A stretch of DNA of 64,000 nt from Planctomycetota bacterium (GCA_031409275.1 JANNXA010000033.1:32001-96000), one strand, 5' to 3'. Counted from the stretch's first letter, positions 1 to 10,456 are shown. The notes: generated from the letters alone by a model not told the origin. Program-made: numbers and translations.

Positions 1-3000
1 GGGGGGGGGGCACATGAACTTGCTCCTGCATGCGCTCCAGAGAGTTGCCTGCAATCCGGCGAAGGAGTCGAACGCCGGCGGCTGATTCGCGGGCGGCGGC
101 TGGCCACCACCGGATGGCTTCTGGGGTGCGTCATCGATGCACGCGGTCAGGTCGTCGAGAGCTATGCGGTGAACGACGGCGTCAACGCGGTCCACGACAA
201 GGAGTTCGGCGAGTTCGCCGCGGACCTCGGCGGATCGATCGAGTTCTCGCGCTATGCGAATGCCAGTCACGCCTTCGCAAGCCTATGGGACCCGTGGGCG
301 GCGGCGCACGGCTTGCCGAACTTCGAGCAGATGATGCGTCAAGGGTTGAACGATCTCGCGTGGCTCGATAGCGAACTCACCATGCCGCGCGGCACGCCTC
401 CGGTCTCTTCGCCGTTTGGCAACTCGATCCTGCCGCTGTTTGGCACCGACGTGATCATCGATCCGCGCGCGGTGGACTCCATGTGCGCCCCGTTGGCACT
501 TCCCATTGCGGGCGACGCCTGGTGGAACGAGCCTGGTGGCGGGAAGCGCAAGATTCTGTACTGGCCCTACATCATCAACGGTGGGGCGATGATGATCTGC
601 ATGGGCGCCGACTCGGCGGGCAACCCGATCGCGGATCCTGACCCCGAGACCTCGCTCAGCACGTCGCGATCGTTGATGGTCTTCGCCTACTACAACCACC
701 CGAGCGATTTCGGGACCAACCCCAACCGCTTCGACGACAACGACATCCGCCGGGAGTTCTCGAAGAGCTTCGATCTCGGCGCGCCCTTCCCCGAGGCGTG
801 GTGCGCCTTCCCATCGAGTGGCGGCCAGTGGTTGGGTCCAAGCGAGCAGGCGATCGAGGCGGGCGACATCGTCCTCATTGTTCGCGAGAACTACGGGATG
901 CAGATCGCGGCGTCGATCGCGCGAACGCACGAGGCGGTGCTCTTCACGAAGAACTACTGGGCGAACGGCCACATTCCGGGTCGAGACGGGCTCTCCTTCA
1001 CCCTCGACGGCGCCTACCCGCATGGTCGCTCGTTCGGGCAGGCGATGGCGATGTTCCTCTGCCTGGCGCAGCCGCAGCTCTACAAGGGCGCGGTCGATTG
1101 GATCACCAGCGACCTCGGGTTCGAACTCGGCGACTTCACGGAGCTTCAAGGCGATTTCAGCGCCGGACTCGATCGCTACGCGTTCAAGACCTCGACCAGC
1201 AACTTCTTCCCCGATATCTACGCGCTGGTCGATCAGCTCGGCTGTCGCTTCGACGAGCCGCTGCCCGGCGTGCAGCCATGGGACCTCGCGGCGTTTTCCA
1301 TGAACCGTCGGCCGGGAAGCATCTCGATGCCGATGGATGGGCACGCCGGTGAGCACGAGTTCCAATATCCAGGCTCCTGGAGCAAGGCCGACGCGACGCT
1401 CAACTCGAACATGGTGATGACCCCCATGCGCAACCGTGCGCATGAAGAGGCGCTTGGCGTCATCCCAGGGTTCAATGAGTATTCGATCTTCACCGGCCAC
1501 GAGTGGTACGACATCAAGCGGTCGGGCGCGACGGCCGGCACGCGCACGCCTGTGGTGCCGACGGCGACCGCGCCTGCGAAGCCTTATCCCGATCCCTACT
1601 CGCACACCCTGCGCCATGTCGATCCGCCGGGCGGGCCGATCTTCGGCTCGACGACAGCGATCAAGCAGCTGCTGACGAAGATCGACCTGCGCAATGGAAT
1701 GGACCAGCCAGGCGTCAATGGTGACTTCCTCGGCTCGGGCTACCGCAAACAGGCGAACACGGCAGGGTTGATGGCCATCGGCCAGGGCACCTGGCCGGGG
1801 TATCGCGACCAGATGCGGGTCGGCGATCTCGACAACGATGGAAGGATCGAGGTGGTGTTCGGGAACCTCGAAGGGTACGTGCATGTGCTCGAGTTCGCGG
1901 GCGATCGCAACCCGGCCGACCCCTATCGCCTGATCGACGAATGGCAGAGTCCTCGTCTTGGTCGCGCGGTCTTCGCGTGCGACGCTTTCTTCAATGCCAG
2001 TCTGGCGCAAATGTTCTTCGCGGATGGCCGCGGCCAGATCTGGCGAATCAACGCGACCGGCGCAGATACCTACGCCGTCCAGGGCGGTGCACCTCTTGCA
2101 TCCCCCGATCCGCCCGGCGCGGGCGGAAAGTGGCTCTACGACGGGTCGACGCCGCTCCTGCTGGTTGGCGACTTCGACGGCGCGAATGGTGCAACGCGCG
2201 AGATCTTGGTGCAGAACAAGTACTGGGATTGGTCATTGTTCTCGCTGAACGGGACACGCATTGGGACAACAGGTGCCAATTCAGGACGACTGGCGCGATC
2301 GACGCGGACCGCGGGGCCGACCGATGCGTTCCTCTACGAGGCCGATGGAGTTGACGCGTTTCGTGAAGTCTTGTTGTCGAGCACGAATGGGCTCGTCTGG
2401 AATTTGGATCGCAAGAACTTTGGCGGCAGTTGGTCCTGGGACAAACCAGTTTCGCGAGTCCTCCCCTTCCACAAGTGCACCTATTCCAAGGTCGTCCCCT
2501 GCAACTTCAGCGGGACCGCGAGCCCGCCGACTTATCTGCTGGCATTCACCAGCGATGCAGATCGCACGCTGGCGAGTGCCGGAGCGAGCGCTCACGTCAT
2601 CGAACTCTGGGACGTCACGATTCCGATCAGCCCGACCCTCGTCGCGCACACCGATTCGGCCGTCGAGTTTGACGAAAGCCTCTCCTTCGCCTGGATCCGC
2701 AAGCCAGGCACCAGCAGTTCGTTCTTCCGCTTCGCCATCGCCAATCGCACCCGCATCGAGACTCACTGGGTGACCCTTGGCACGCCGGGAGGCTCGACCA
2801 CCTCCTTCACGCCGTCCGGCTCCAAGTGGAAGGACATCGTGCCAGGACCCGACCCGTTGCTTGGTCCGATGCAGAGCCATCCGTGCATCACGGCGCTCGA
2901 CTATGCACTTCTGCAAACCGGTGCTGGAACGGGCGTCGGCGGGGCGCTGATCTACGCCGATTGCAGAGGGCGCATCTACGTTTGCAGCGCGGACAACGTC

Positions 3001-4461
3001 GATGCGCAAGACGGCCAGCTCGTCTCGCTGCGCAAGTCGGATGAGGAGCTCGCGGACTCGTTCGGGAATCTCCCAACGCCGCCGGGAACCGAGCCTCCGT
3101 ACGAAGCGGTGCCATGGCCATCGAATCGGACGCTGGCACAAGTTCCTGCGTGTGACTTCGTGCAAGGCGGGAACGGCCAAGGCGACCTCTATTTCGCGGA
3201 GTTCGCGCTGCCTGCCCTGAAGAACCCCGGCAATCGCTACCGGCTTGGCAAGATCGGCATCGGCAGTGGCGGCGTGAACGCCTGGACCCCCTACTTGCAG
3301 CGGGTCGAGAGCGGCTTGGAATGGGATGCGCTCAACCCTGGTTGGACACGGACGTTGCAGGTGGAGGATGTCGACGGCGATTCAGTTCTCGAGATCAGAG
3401 CCTTCACTGAAACCGGCGTCGCCTACTACGACGCAGATCACGTTGCCGTACGGGAGTTCCAGACCGCCTCCTTCGCGCCGAACTGGATGGCGGGAGGGGC
3501 GAAGCTGAGCGGCTTCACGCTGTTCAACAGCCTCAGGACTTTCGATGAGGTTTCGGTCTCCTTGACGCAGGGAGGTCGCGTTTTCGAGCGCGAGGCTGGG
3601 CGTCGCGCCGGCGACTACTGGTACCTCGGCACCTTCCAGCCCCCCGTCGACTCGAGTTGGCCGTTCGGGAACTTCAGCGCTGGCTCTGGGGCTTGGTGGT
3701 ACCCGCGGGTCGGCACCGTGATGGACGGGCAGATCGCCAGCAACCTGCAGTCGGCCCATTCACTGAGCCTCGGTACGTCGATGAAGGTGGCGCAGATCCG
3801 TCTGGAGTCGGGCAACAACGTGCCGCTCAAACCTCACCTGGTGGTCGGCACGACGGGTGGCTACGTCCACGTGATCCAGGCGACTGGCGCACCGCCGTTG
3901 CAGGGGGATACAGCCGGGCAGCGGGCGGCGACTCTGCGCTGCTTGTCGCCGTACATGGGCACCTACATCGTGGGCCTCGATGTCGGCAACCTCGATAGCG
4001 ACCCCGATGAAGAGATCGTGTGTGGCAACTGGATCGACCAGGGAACCTACGTCGACTGGGCTGCCGGGAACAGCGCCAAGAACCGTGCGAGCATTTCCAT
4101 CCTCGATCCGGTTCCAGGAGGTAGCGCCGCGATCATGAGCCGGACGATCTTGAATGGCGATGACCTGCTTGGCGCCGGCTTCGGCATCGGCTCGGGCGTC
4201 ACCGGAGTCAAAATCGATGACGTCAACGGCGATGGGACCAAGGAAATCTGGTGCAGCGACGCGGCGGGCTACCTCTACCTGTTCCAGAAAGACGCCTTCG
4301 GATGGCACTGCGTTTACCGTTCAGAAAGTTTCGGCAGCTATCCGGGCTTCTACAACAACCTGCATCCGATCAAGGGTCCCGCTGGCACGACGACGAAGCT
4401 GATCGTCCAGTCGCCGGGATACGCACTGCTCTTCTCGGTGCTGACTGGGAGTGTGCCATGA
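1..4461 (+). CDS. Large (>=1430 aa) probably secreted protein: N-terminal alpha/beta-hydrolase-like domain plus C-terminal FG-GAP/VCBS-like repeats; start uncertain, possibly 5'-truncated
   Basis: Frame +1 is open from base 1; first start in the ORF track is GTG 169. Motifs GRSFG and GHEW; repeats DLDNDGRIEV, DVDGDSVLE, NLDSDPDEEI, DVNGDGTKEI. Stop overlaps the next ATG (ATGA). Confidence 0.75.
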   Translation, partial: GGGAHELAPACAPESCLQSGEGVERRRLIRGRRLATTGWLLGCVIDARGQVVESYAVNDGVNAVHDKEFGEFAADLGGSIEFSRYANASHAFASLWDPWAAAHGLPNFEQMMRQGLNDLAWLDSELTMPRGTPPVSSPFGNSILPLFGTDVIIDPRAVDSMCAPLALPIAGDAWWNEPGGGKRKILYWPYIINGGAMMICMGADSAGNPIADPDPETSLSTSRSLMVFAYYNHPSDFGTNPNRFDDNDIRREFSKSFDLGAPFPEAWCAFPSSGGQWLGPSEQAIEAGDIVLIVRENYGMQIAASIARTHEAVLFTKNYWANGHIPGRDGLSFTLDGAYPHGRSFGQAMAMFLCLAQPQLYKGAVDWITSDLGFELGDFTELQGDFSAGLDRYAFKTSTSNFFPDIYALVDQLGCRFDEPLPGVQPWDLAAFSMNRRPGSISMPMDGHAGEHEFQYPGSWSKADATLNSNMVMTPMRNRAHEEALGVIPGFNEYSIFTGHEWYDIKRSGATAGTRTPVVPTATAPAKPYPDPYSHTLRHVDPPGGPIFGSTTAIKQLLTKIDLRNGMDQPGVNGDFLGSGYRKQANTAGLMAIGQGTWPGYRDQMRVGDLDNDGRIEVVFGNLEGYVHVLEFAGDRNPADPYRLIDEWQSPRLGRAVFACDAFFNASLAQMFFADGRGQIWRINATGADTYAVQGGAPLASPDPPGAGGKWLYDGSTPLLLVGDFDGANGATREILVQNKYWDWSLFSLNGTRIGTTGANSGRLARSTRTAGPTDAFLYEADGVDAFREVLLSSTNGLVWNLDRKNFGGSWSWDKPVSRVLPFHKCTYSKVVPCNFSGTASPPTYLLAFTSDADRTLASAGASAHVIELWDVTIPISPTLVAHTDSAVEFDESLSFAWIRKPGTSSSFFRFAIANRTRIETHWVTLGTPGGSTTSFTPSGSKWKDIVPGPDPLLGPMQSHPCITALDYALLQTGAGTGVGGALIYADCRGRIYVCSADNVDAQDGQLVSLRKSDEELADSFGNLPTPPGTEPPYEAVPWPSNRTLAQVPACDFVQGGNGQGDLYFAEFALPALKNPGNRYRLGKIGIGSGGVNAWTPYLQRVESGLEWDALNPGWTRTLQVEDVDGDSVLEIRAFTETGVAYYDADHVAVREFQTASFAPNWMAGGAKLSGFTLFNSLRTFDEVSVSLTQGGRVFEREAGRRAGDYWYLGTFQPPVDSSWPFGNFSAGSGAWWYPRVGTVMDGQIASNLQSAHSLSLGTSMKVAQIRLESGNNVPLKPHLVVGTTGGYVHVIQATGAPPLQGDTAGQRAATLRCLSPYMGTYIVGLDVGNLDSDPDEEIVCGNWIDQGTYVDWAAGNSAKNRASISILDPVPGGSAAIMSRTILNGDDLLGAGFGIGSGVTGVKIDDVNGDGTKEIWCSDAAGYLYLFQKDAFGWHCVYRSESFGSYPGFYNNLHPIKGPAGTTTKLIVQSPGYALLFSVLTGSVP

Positions 4462-6047
4462 CGCGTCGACTTCTCGTTGCTCCGGCCAGGTTGCTGTGGC
4501 GCCATTGGCTCGAGGCGATTGCGCTTTCAATCGCAATGGCGATGAGCGCGCCATTGGCAGGCGCTCAGCAGACGCTCTGGTACGCCGATTCCGATGTTTC
4601 GATGGAGTTGTTTGGTTTCACAGACGTCGGGCCCGACATCGATGGAGATGGCGCGCCGGAGCTGCTTGTCACGAATCAAATCGAGAGCTGCGTCGGACCG
4701 GCTGACGGTGCGGTTCATCTGTTCTCGACGACTGGTGGCGAGCTGCAGAAGTGGTGCGGTGAAAGCGGCTGGGGGGCGCAAGCGATGTGGGTCGATGACA
4801 TCGACGGCCTTGGTGTCCAAGACTTCGTGGTGACATCGCCTGGTTGGTACGAGCCGACGAAGTGGGGTTGGGAAACTGGCCGTATCCAGCTGATGTCCTT
4901 CGAGACCGGTGCCGTCATTCGCGAGTGGCAAGGCACACAAACCCGCGGATCCTTCGGACAGATCGACATCCTGGAAGATGTCGATGGCGATGGGTTCCGT
5001 GATCTAATGGTTACGGCCTACGGATATGGAGCCAACGGCGAAGGGCAGATCTGGATTTACTCGCTCACCACCGGCTCCGAGATTCGCACTCATGTTGGGC
5101 CATTGCAGTATGCGAATCTTGGTGCTTGGTTCTCAGCGCTCCCTGACGTCGACGGCGACGGCGTTGGTGACTACGCCGCAAGCTGGAACACGATCGCAGC
5201 CCCCGGCTTGAAGGCGCGGGTCTTCTCTGGTGCCACCGGGAATGCGGTGGCGACCTTCGTCGGTACGGCACCCGAGCGACTCGGCCGCTCGTTTTCGACT
5301 TGCAGCGATGTTGACGGTGACGGTCTCCCCGAAGTGATGATGGGTGGCTGGACTGGCATCTCCCTGAAACCGGGCTTTGTCGAGGCGTGGTCGCCAAGGA
5401 GCGGCAACTTCCTCTGGCGCATCGACGGCACCACCGATGGGGAGACGTTTGGCTGGAGCGTGCTGGGTTTGCCCGACATCAACGGCGACGGATACGAGGA
5501 TCTCTTGATCAGCGCGATCGACGATCCACAGCGCGGGAAGCTGGCCGGTCGCGTCGATCTGATCTCCGGCCGCACGCGGCGCGCCTTGTTCCGCTTCTAT
5601 CCGCCGATCAAGGGAGTGGCGGAGTATGGCACCGTGTCCACACCCGGCGCCGACTTCAACGGTGACGGCTTCGTGGACCTCGTGATCGGCACACTCAACG
5701 GGGGGCGCAAGGAGTCGAAAGGAGGCCACGTCGCGATCTACGCCGGCAACGACCTCTGGCTGCAAGCCGAGTCGCCCGACCCTGCCGTTGGCGACACCGT
5801 CGTCGTCGACCTGCGCGGTGGCGAGCCGGGGCTGTTGGGTCTGGTCGCGTTGATCGACCTCGACGGCACGCCGCTCTTCGAGCCGCTCTTGCTCGCCCCG
5901 TTCGACGTCAACGGTGAACTGCAGCTCTGCGCCGACGTCGACTCCAGCGTCAGCGGCATGGAGTTCACGCTGATGGCCTACGCCCAGAACCGTGCCGGCC
6001 GTGGTCCGCTGATGGACGCCACGCCGTTCGTGGTGGTGGTGCAATGA
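4458..6047 (+). CDS. Secreted FG-GAP (integrin-alpha beta-propeller) repeat protein with ~95-aa C-terminal domain
   Basis: ATG 4458 overlaps the upstream stop; signal-peptide-like N-terminus ending AGA-QQ; repeated DxDGDG motifs (DIDGDG, DVDGDG, DINGDG, DFNGDG). Confidence 0.85.
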   Translation: MTRRLLVAPARLLWRHWLEAIALSIAMAMSAPLAGAQQTLWYADSDVSMELFGFTDVGPDIDGDGAPELLVTNQIESCVGPADGAVHLFSTTGGELQKWCGESGWGAQAMWVDDIDGLGVQDFVVTSPGWYEPTKWGWETGRIQLMSFETGAVIREWQGTQTRGSFGQIDILEDVDGDGFRDLMVTAYGYGANGEGQIWIYSLTTGSEIRTHVGPLQYANLGAWFSALPDVDGDGVGDYAASWNTIAAPGLKARVFSGATGNAVATFVGTAPERLGRSFSTCSDVDGDGLPEVMMGGWTGISLKPGFVEAWSPRSGNFLWRIDGTTDGETFGWSVLGLPDINGDGYEDLLISAIDDPQRGKLAGRVDLISGRTRRALFRFYPPIKGVAEYGTVSTPGADFNGDGFVDLVIGTLNGGRKESKGGHVAIYAGNDLWLQAESPDPAVGDTVVVDLRGGEPGLLGLVALIDLDGTPLFEPLLLAPFDVNGELQLCADVDSSVSGMEFTLMAYAQNRAGRGPLMDATPFVVVVQ

Positions 6048-6118
6048 CGGCGTTCCGTGCCGAGTTCCACGGCTCGATTCGAGATCGACATCAACCCACG
6101 GATTTCTTGGAGCTCTCC

Positions 6119-6601
6119 ATGACCACGACTCTGGCCATTTCTCGCGACGCTGCGCCCCGCGGCCGCGCCCTCCACGCCGCCATGCTCACCGCCTTCGACT
6201 TCACCCCGGTGCTCGACACTGCCGTCCAGCACTATGGCCTCGCTCGCGCCGACGCCGCGTCCCTCTTCGATGGCCTGCTGCAGTGGCTCTCGGCCATCCC
6301 GTTCGCGCGCCCAGGTCAGCCGATCCAGATGGTCGAATCGATCGACAAGCTCTGGCACGCGTTCGTGCTCAACACGAAGCTCTACCGCCGCTTCTGCGAT
6401 CGCTTCTTCGGCCGCTACATCGACCACGACCCGCTCGACCGCCACTTCGCCGAGCTGTCGAAGAAGCAGTACGCCCGTTTCACGCTCGCCACGTTGAGCG
6501 AGGAGTTCGGCGAGTCGCTCCATCCCGCCTTCCGCGACCTGACCCAGCGCGTCGGCTGCTGTTTCGGGCAGTGTGACGACGGGGGCGATGGGATGCGGTG
6601 A
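6119..6601 (+). CDS. Glycine-rich-domain-protein-like (GRDP/DUF1399-like) small protein
   Basis: GGAG upstream of ATG 6119; motif IDKLWHAFVLNTKLYRRFCDRFFGRYIDHDP matches the D..WH.F.L....Y..FC....G..I.H.P pattern. Confidence 0.65.
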   Translation: MTTTLAISRDAAPRGRALHAAMLTAFDFTPVLDTAVQHYGLARADAASLFDGLLQWLSAIPFARPGQPIQMVESIDKLWHAFVLNTKLYRRFCDRFFGRYIDHDPLDRHFAELSKKQYARFTLATLSEEFGESLHPAFRDLTQRVGCCFGQCDDGGDGMR

Positions 6602-6608
6602 ACTCGCA

Positions 6609-7838
6609 TCACTTCCCCTCGCGGAGATCCGGCAGCCGCAGCGTCGCGGGGTCGTCGAACACGCTCCAGCGCTCGCGCGGCAGATCGGCGAAGGCTGCGG
6701 CGTAGCGCGCCGCCTCCTGCTCGGCAGCGGCCTCCTGCTCGGCGGCGCCGTCGGCGTCGGGCGCGGCCGTGCCCCGCGGAGTTCGCCGGATCCAGATCGC
6801 AGCGATCTGCGCTGGATGGGCGCGCGCCAGCTCACCGTAGACCTCGGGGTCGAGCTGGCCGTTGTCGCCGATCAGCACGAAGTGGCGCTGTGGCCAGCGT
6901 GCCAGCAGCGGCTCCAGCACGGCGAGCTTCTTCTCGCGCGAGTCGCCGACGAGGTCGGCGAAGTCGCCGTCCTGCAGGCGCAGGTGCTGCAGCTCGAGCG
7001 CACCGGGCGGGAAGTGCTGCTGCTCGAGGAACTCCTGCAGCGGCTGCGCGAGCTGCCACGGGCTGAGCGAGACGTAGTGGAACGCCGCGCCGCGCTCGAC
7101 GAGCTGTTGGCACAGCTTCGCCATGCCCGGCACGGGCTCGTACTCGTCGACGAACGTGCGTCGCAACACGCGCCGCCGATCGCCGACTTCCGTGATCTTC
7201 AGCGTGTCGTCGAGATCGCTGACGACGGAGAGTCCGCGCGGCGAGAGGAGTGCGACGCGAGTCGAAGCGTGGCCCGGCTCACCGACGTGGCCGATCGTGA
7301 CTTCGAGCCAGGCGGGTGCGCCCGCGGGGCTCGTGACCGGCAGCGGAGCAACCTTCACGGGGAGCTGCACGATCGCCTCGCCGTGGCCGTTCGCCGCGGT
7401 CGGGCCGATGCGAAACGACTGCTCCGCGACCGTCACGACCCGCTCCTCGCGCCGCTCGTGGTCGACCAGGAAGAGGCGTGCGCGCGCAAGGAATCGCTCG
7501 GCATCGGGTGTGCCGGGCGCGAGTCCAAGCTCGTGTCGCAGCGGTGCCAGCAGCGCGGCACGCATGACGCTTTCTTGCTCCAACTCGTAGATCACGAAGT
7601 GAATTGGAACCGACCAGTGGAGGCCATCGGCGTCGAGCGTTGCCGCTGTCGGGAAGAGGTGCGCGAGCTCGTCTTCGCGGTTCAGCTGTGAGAAGGCGAC
7701 ACCGGCGGCGTAGCAGTGCTGCAGCGATGCTGCTGCCAGCCACAGCGCGATCCCGAGCAGCAGGCAACGCGGGTGATCGAGCGCGATGCGCCGTAGCGCC
7801 CACGGTCTGCGGCCTGGGTTCGGTTCCTTCGATGGCAT
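6609..7838 (-). CDS. App1-family phosphatidate phosphatase (DUF2183) with N-terminal hydrophobic segment
   Basis: VSDLDDTLKIT (DxDxT), FHYVSLSPWQL, FVLIGDNGQLDPEVY. Confidence 0.8.
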   Translation of the reverse strand: MPSKEPNPGRRPWALRRIALDHPRCLLLGIALWLAAASLQHCYAAGVAFSQLNREDELAHLFPTAATLDADGLHWSVPIHFVIYELEQESVMRAALLAPLRHELGLAPGTPDAERFLARARLFLVDHERREERVVTVAEQSFRIGPTAANGHGEAIVQLPVKVAPLPVTSPAGAPAWLEVTIGHVGEPGHASTRVALLSPRGLSVVSDLDDTLKITEVGDRRRVLRRTFVDEYEPVPGMAKLCQQLVERGAAFHYVSLSPWQLAQPLQEFLEQQHFPPGALELQHLRLQDGDFADLVGDSREKKLAVLEPLLARWPQRHFVLIGDNGQLDPEVYGELARAHPAQIAAIWIRRTPRGTAAPDADGAAEQEAAAEQEAARYAAAFADLPRERWSVFDDPATLRLPDLREGK

Positions 7839-8453
7839 GAGGCGCAACGACTCCGCTCGGGCGAGCCGTTCTATCGAGGGGGCAGGAGGTGCCGACGCGG
7901 CAGCGACTCCGACTGGTTCGGTCCTCCGGGCCGGCGGCGCACAGCGCACACCGGCCGCGGAGCATTTCCGCCGGGTTTCCCTCAGCGGTGGGACACGGGC
8001 CTCGGGGGCGGTGTCCAGGACTTCATCTCGGTCTTCAATCGAACTCCAATTTCGTTTGCCGCTCCGGGCGCTTGAAGCACTCCGGAGGCGTTGTCGATCT
8101 GGCCGTTCTGGCGCTCCGCCCATTGCGGTGCGCCAAGTCGTCCATGTTCTAGATCGACTCGTGGTCGACCGCCCCGGGGGCAGAGCCCATCCAGAGGCGA
8201 ATCAAACCGTTCATCGACCCTTTCACCTGCAAGATCGAAGCCATTCACGATCAACACGCCGTGAACGTTGGATGAAGATCGCCGGCCGCGGCGGTTCCGC
8301 GCGCATCGAGCGTCGCGCAAAAGAGCCCCTCGACCGGTGTGGGGCCGATCGAGGGGCCGAGGGAACGGGCGCGCGGAGCGGGAGCGGCCGTCGGGTCAAC
8401 GTCGCCATTGCCTCGCGCACCAGGCGCAGAAGCGACGTCGGCCGGTGCGAGGA

Positions 8454-9515
8454 TCAGCGCGGCAGCGAGGTCCAACGCGTGGCGTCGAAGCGGCCGACGC
8501 CGAGGTTCAACGCCACCGCCACCTGGTGGCCATCGCGAGCGCGGCGCACGACGGTTCGGCCGACCTCGGCGATCGTCTGGCCGCGCGTGATCTCGGGGAG
8601 TCGCGCGTCGGTTGCCAGCGCTTCGGCGCGCGCGGCCGCTTCGGCGGGATCGCGCGCACCGACCACGCTGACCTGCACCAGCAACGCCGGCGCTGGCCGC
8701 CACGCCTTCTCCAGCAGCGCGCGGAGCAACTCTTGCAGGAGCGCGGTGGCGCCGACGCGCAACGTCTCGAAACCGATCGAGCCCGCTTCGATGCGCGTCG
8801 ATTGCGCCAGGCCATTGGCGAGCGCCAATACGCCGTCGGCCGCGCGCGGCACCGCGAGCCCCGCGACGGTCGACAACGCCTGCTGCGCCGACTCGCGCCA
8901 CAGCGATTCGAGCGTGGCGCGATCGAGGCGCGCGTCGGTCAGCATGGTGATGCGCAACGGCGAGCGCGCGCCAGGCTGCAACGCTCCGCTCGCCAGTCCG
9001 AGCAGGCTCACGAGCTCGCCATCGACGATGCCGCGCGTCGACGCGAGCGCGGCGGGCGCGAGCGGATCGATCGCAGCAGCCAGGCGCTCGAAGCCGGCGA
9101 CCTCGCTGTTGGCGATCAACGCGGCGAGCTCGCCATCCGTCCGCGCGTCACCCTCGATCGCTGCCGCATCGTCGGCGCCGCGCAGCGACACCCACGCGAC
9201 CGGAACTTCGGAGGTTGCACCGCGGGTCGCCGTCGCGATCCACGAAGCGCCGAGCGAGCCGGCCGCGAACAGGACGCCGCGCGTTTCGGCGCCGCTGCGT
9301 GCCAGCTCCCGTTGCGTGAAGAGGTTTGCGACGTCGGCGATTCCCGGCAGCGGGGCGAGCAGCGCGGTCGTCGCGCCGCGCTGATCGTTGGCGCACCGCT
9401 CGACGGCCACGAAGCCGAGCCAGCGAGCGACGCGGTTCGCGGTCGCATGCGGCGCGACCGCGGCCGCGAAGCCCAGCGGACGATGAGCGGCGCTGCGATC
9501 GACGAGGAAGGCCAT
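8454..9515 (-). CDS. Divergent ArgJ (ornithine acetyltransferase)-like protein lacking catalytic motifs
   Basis: ITMLTDARLDRATLESLW, DGVLALANG, LLVQVSVVGARDPAEA and terminal VALNLGVGRFDATRWT follow the ArgJ pattern. Confidence 0.55.
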   Translation of the reverse strand: MAFLVDRSAAHRPLGFAAAVAPHATANRVARWLGFVAVERCANDQRGATTALLAPLPGIADVANLFTQRELARSGAETRGVLFAAGSLGASWIATATRGATSEVPVAWVSLRGADDAAAIEGDARTDGELAALIANSEVAGFERLAAAIDPLAPAALASTRGIVDGELVSLLGLASGALQPGARSPLRITMLTDARLDRATLESLWRESAQQALSTVAGLAVPRAADGVLALANGLAQSTRIEAGSIGFETLRVGATALLQELLRALLEKAWRPAPALLVQVSVVGARDPAEAAARAEALATDARLPEITRGQTIAEVGRTVVRRARDGHQVAVALNLGVGRFDATRWTSLPR

Positions 9516-9597
9516 GGCGACGGACAGTAGCGCGCGCGCCGCGGCTACAGTGCCCGCCTCGCAGCGGCCCGATCGCCGCGCGACAGGAGATCGATGG

Positions 9598-10446
9598 ATG
9601 ACGCCGCCGGCCGACAAGAGCGCACAGCAGCTCGCCAACAGCTTCGTCCTCGCCGAGCGTGACCTCGCCTTCCTGGCGCGTCCGGAGCTCCGGCCGATTC
9701 GCCTCCAGCTCGAGCTCCTGAAGCCTGACCTGATCATGCGCGAGCATGGCGTCGTCTCGACGGTGGTCGTCTTCGGCAGCGCGCGCGTGCCGGCGCCCGA
9801 AGATGTGACGACGCACGTCATGAAGGCGCAGGCCGCCGCGATCGAGCATCCCGACGACGTGGGTCGCCTGCGCCAGCTGCGCGCGGCGAAGTCGCTGGTG
9901 AAGTACGCCAAGTGGTACGCCGAGGCGCAGAAGCTCGGCGCGTTGATCTCTTCGTCATGCCAGGTCGGCCAGGAGTGCAAATACGTGATCATCACCGGCG
10001 GCGGGCCGGGGATCATGGAGGCGGCCAATCGCGGCGCGGCCGATGTCGACGCCAAGTCGATCGGCCTCAACATCGTGCTCCCCTTCGAACAGCGGCCGAA
10101 CCCCTACATCCATCCCGGTCTCTGCTTCAACTTCCACTACTTCGCGATGCGCAAGATGCACTTCTTGATGCGCGCGAAGGCGCTGGCCTTCTTCCCTGGC
10201 GGATTCGGGACGCTCGACGAGATGTTCGAGGCGCTCACGCTGATCCAGACCGGCAAGATCGCGCGCATGCCCTGCGTCCTTTTCGGCCGCGAGTTCTGGG
10301 ACAAGCTGATCGACTTCGAGTTCCTCGCCGATGAAGGGCTGATCTCGCCGGACGACCTCAACCTGATCGAGTTCGTCGAGACGGCGGAAGAGGGGTGGGA
10401 GCGGATCCAGGCGTTCTACGGCAATGGCAAGCAGGCGAAGCACTGA
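9598..10446 (+). CDS. LOG family protein (TIGR00730 Rossmann-fold nucleotide phosphoribohydrolase)
   Basis: VFGSAR, TGGGPGIMEAANRGA, FHYFAMRKMHF, PGGFGTLDE; AGGAG upstream. Confidence 0.92.
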   Translation: MTPPADKSAQQLANSFVLAERDLAFLARPELRPIRLQLELLKPDLIMREHGVVSTVVVFGSARVPAPEDVTTHVMKAQAAAIEHPDDVGRLRQLRAAKSLVKYAKWYAEAQKLGALISSSCQVGQECKYVIITGGGPGIMEAANRGAADVDAKSIGLNIVLPFEQRPNPYIHPGLCFNFHYFAMRKMHFLMRAKALAFFPGGFGTLDEMFEALTLIQTGKIARMPCVLFGREFWDKLIDFEFLADEGLISPDDLNLIEFVETAEEGWERIQAFYGNGKQAKH

Positions 10447-10456
10447 GGAGCATGGC

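Noticed and set aside
1..10. Run of 10 G at the window start
   Set aside because: Likely a contig-end or sequencing artefact; no context to support phase variation.
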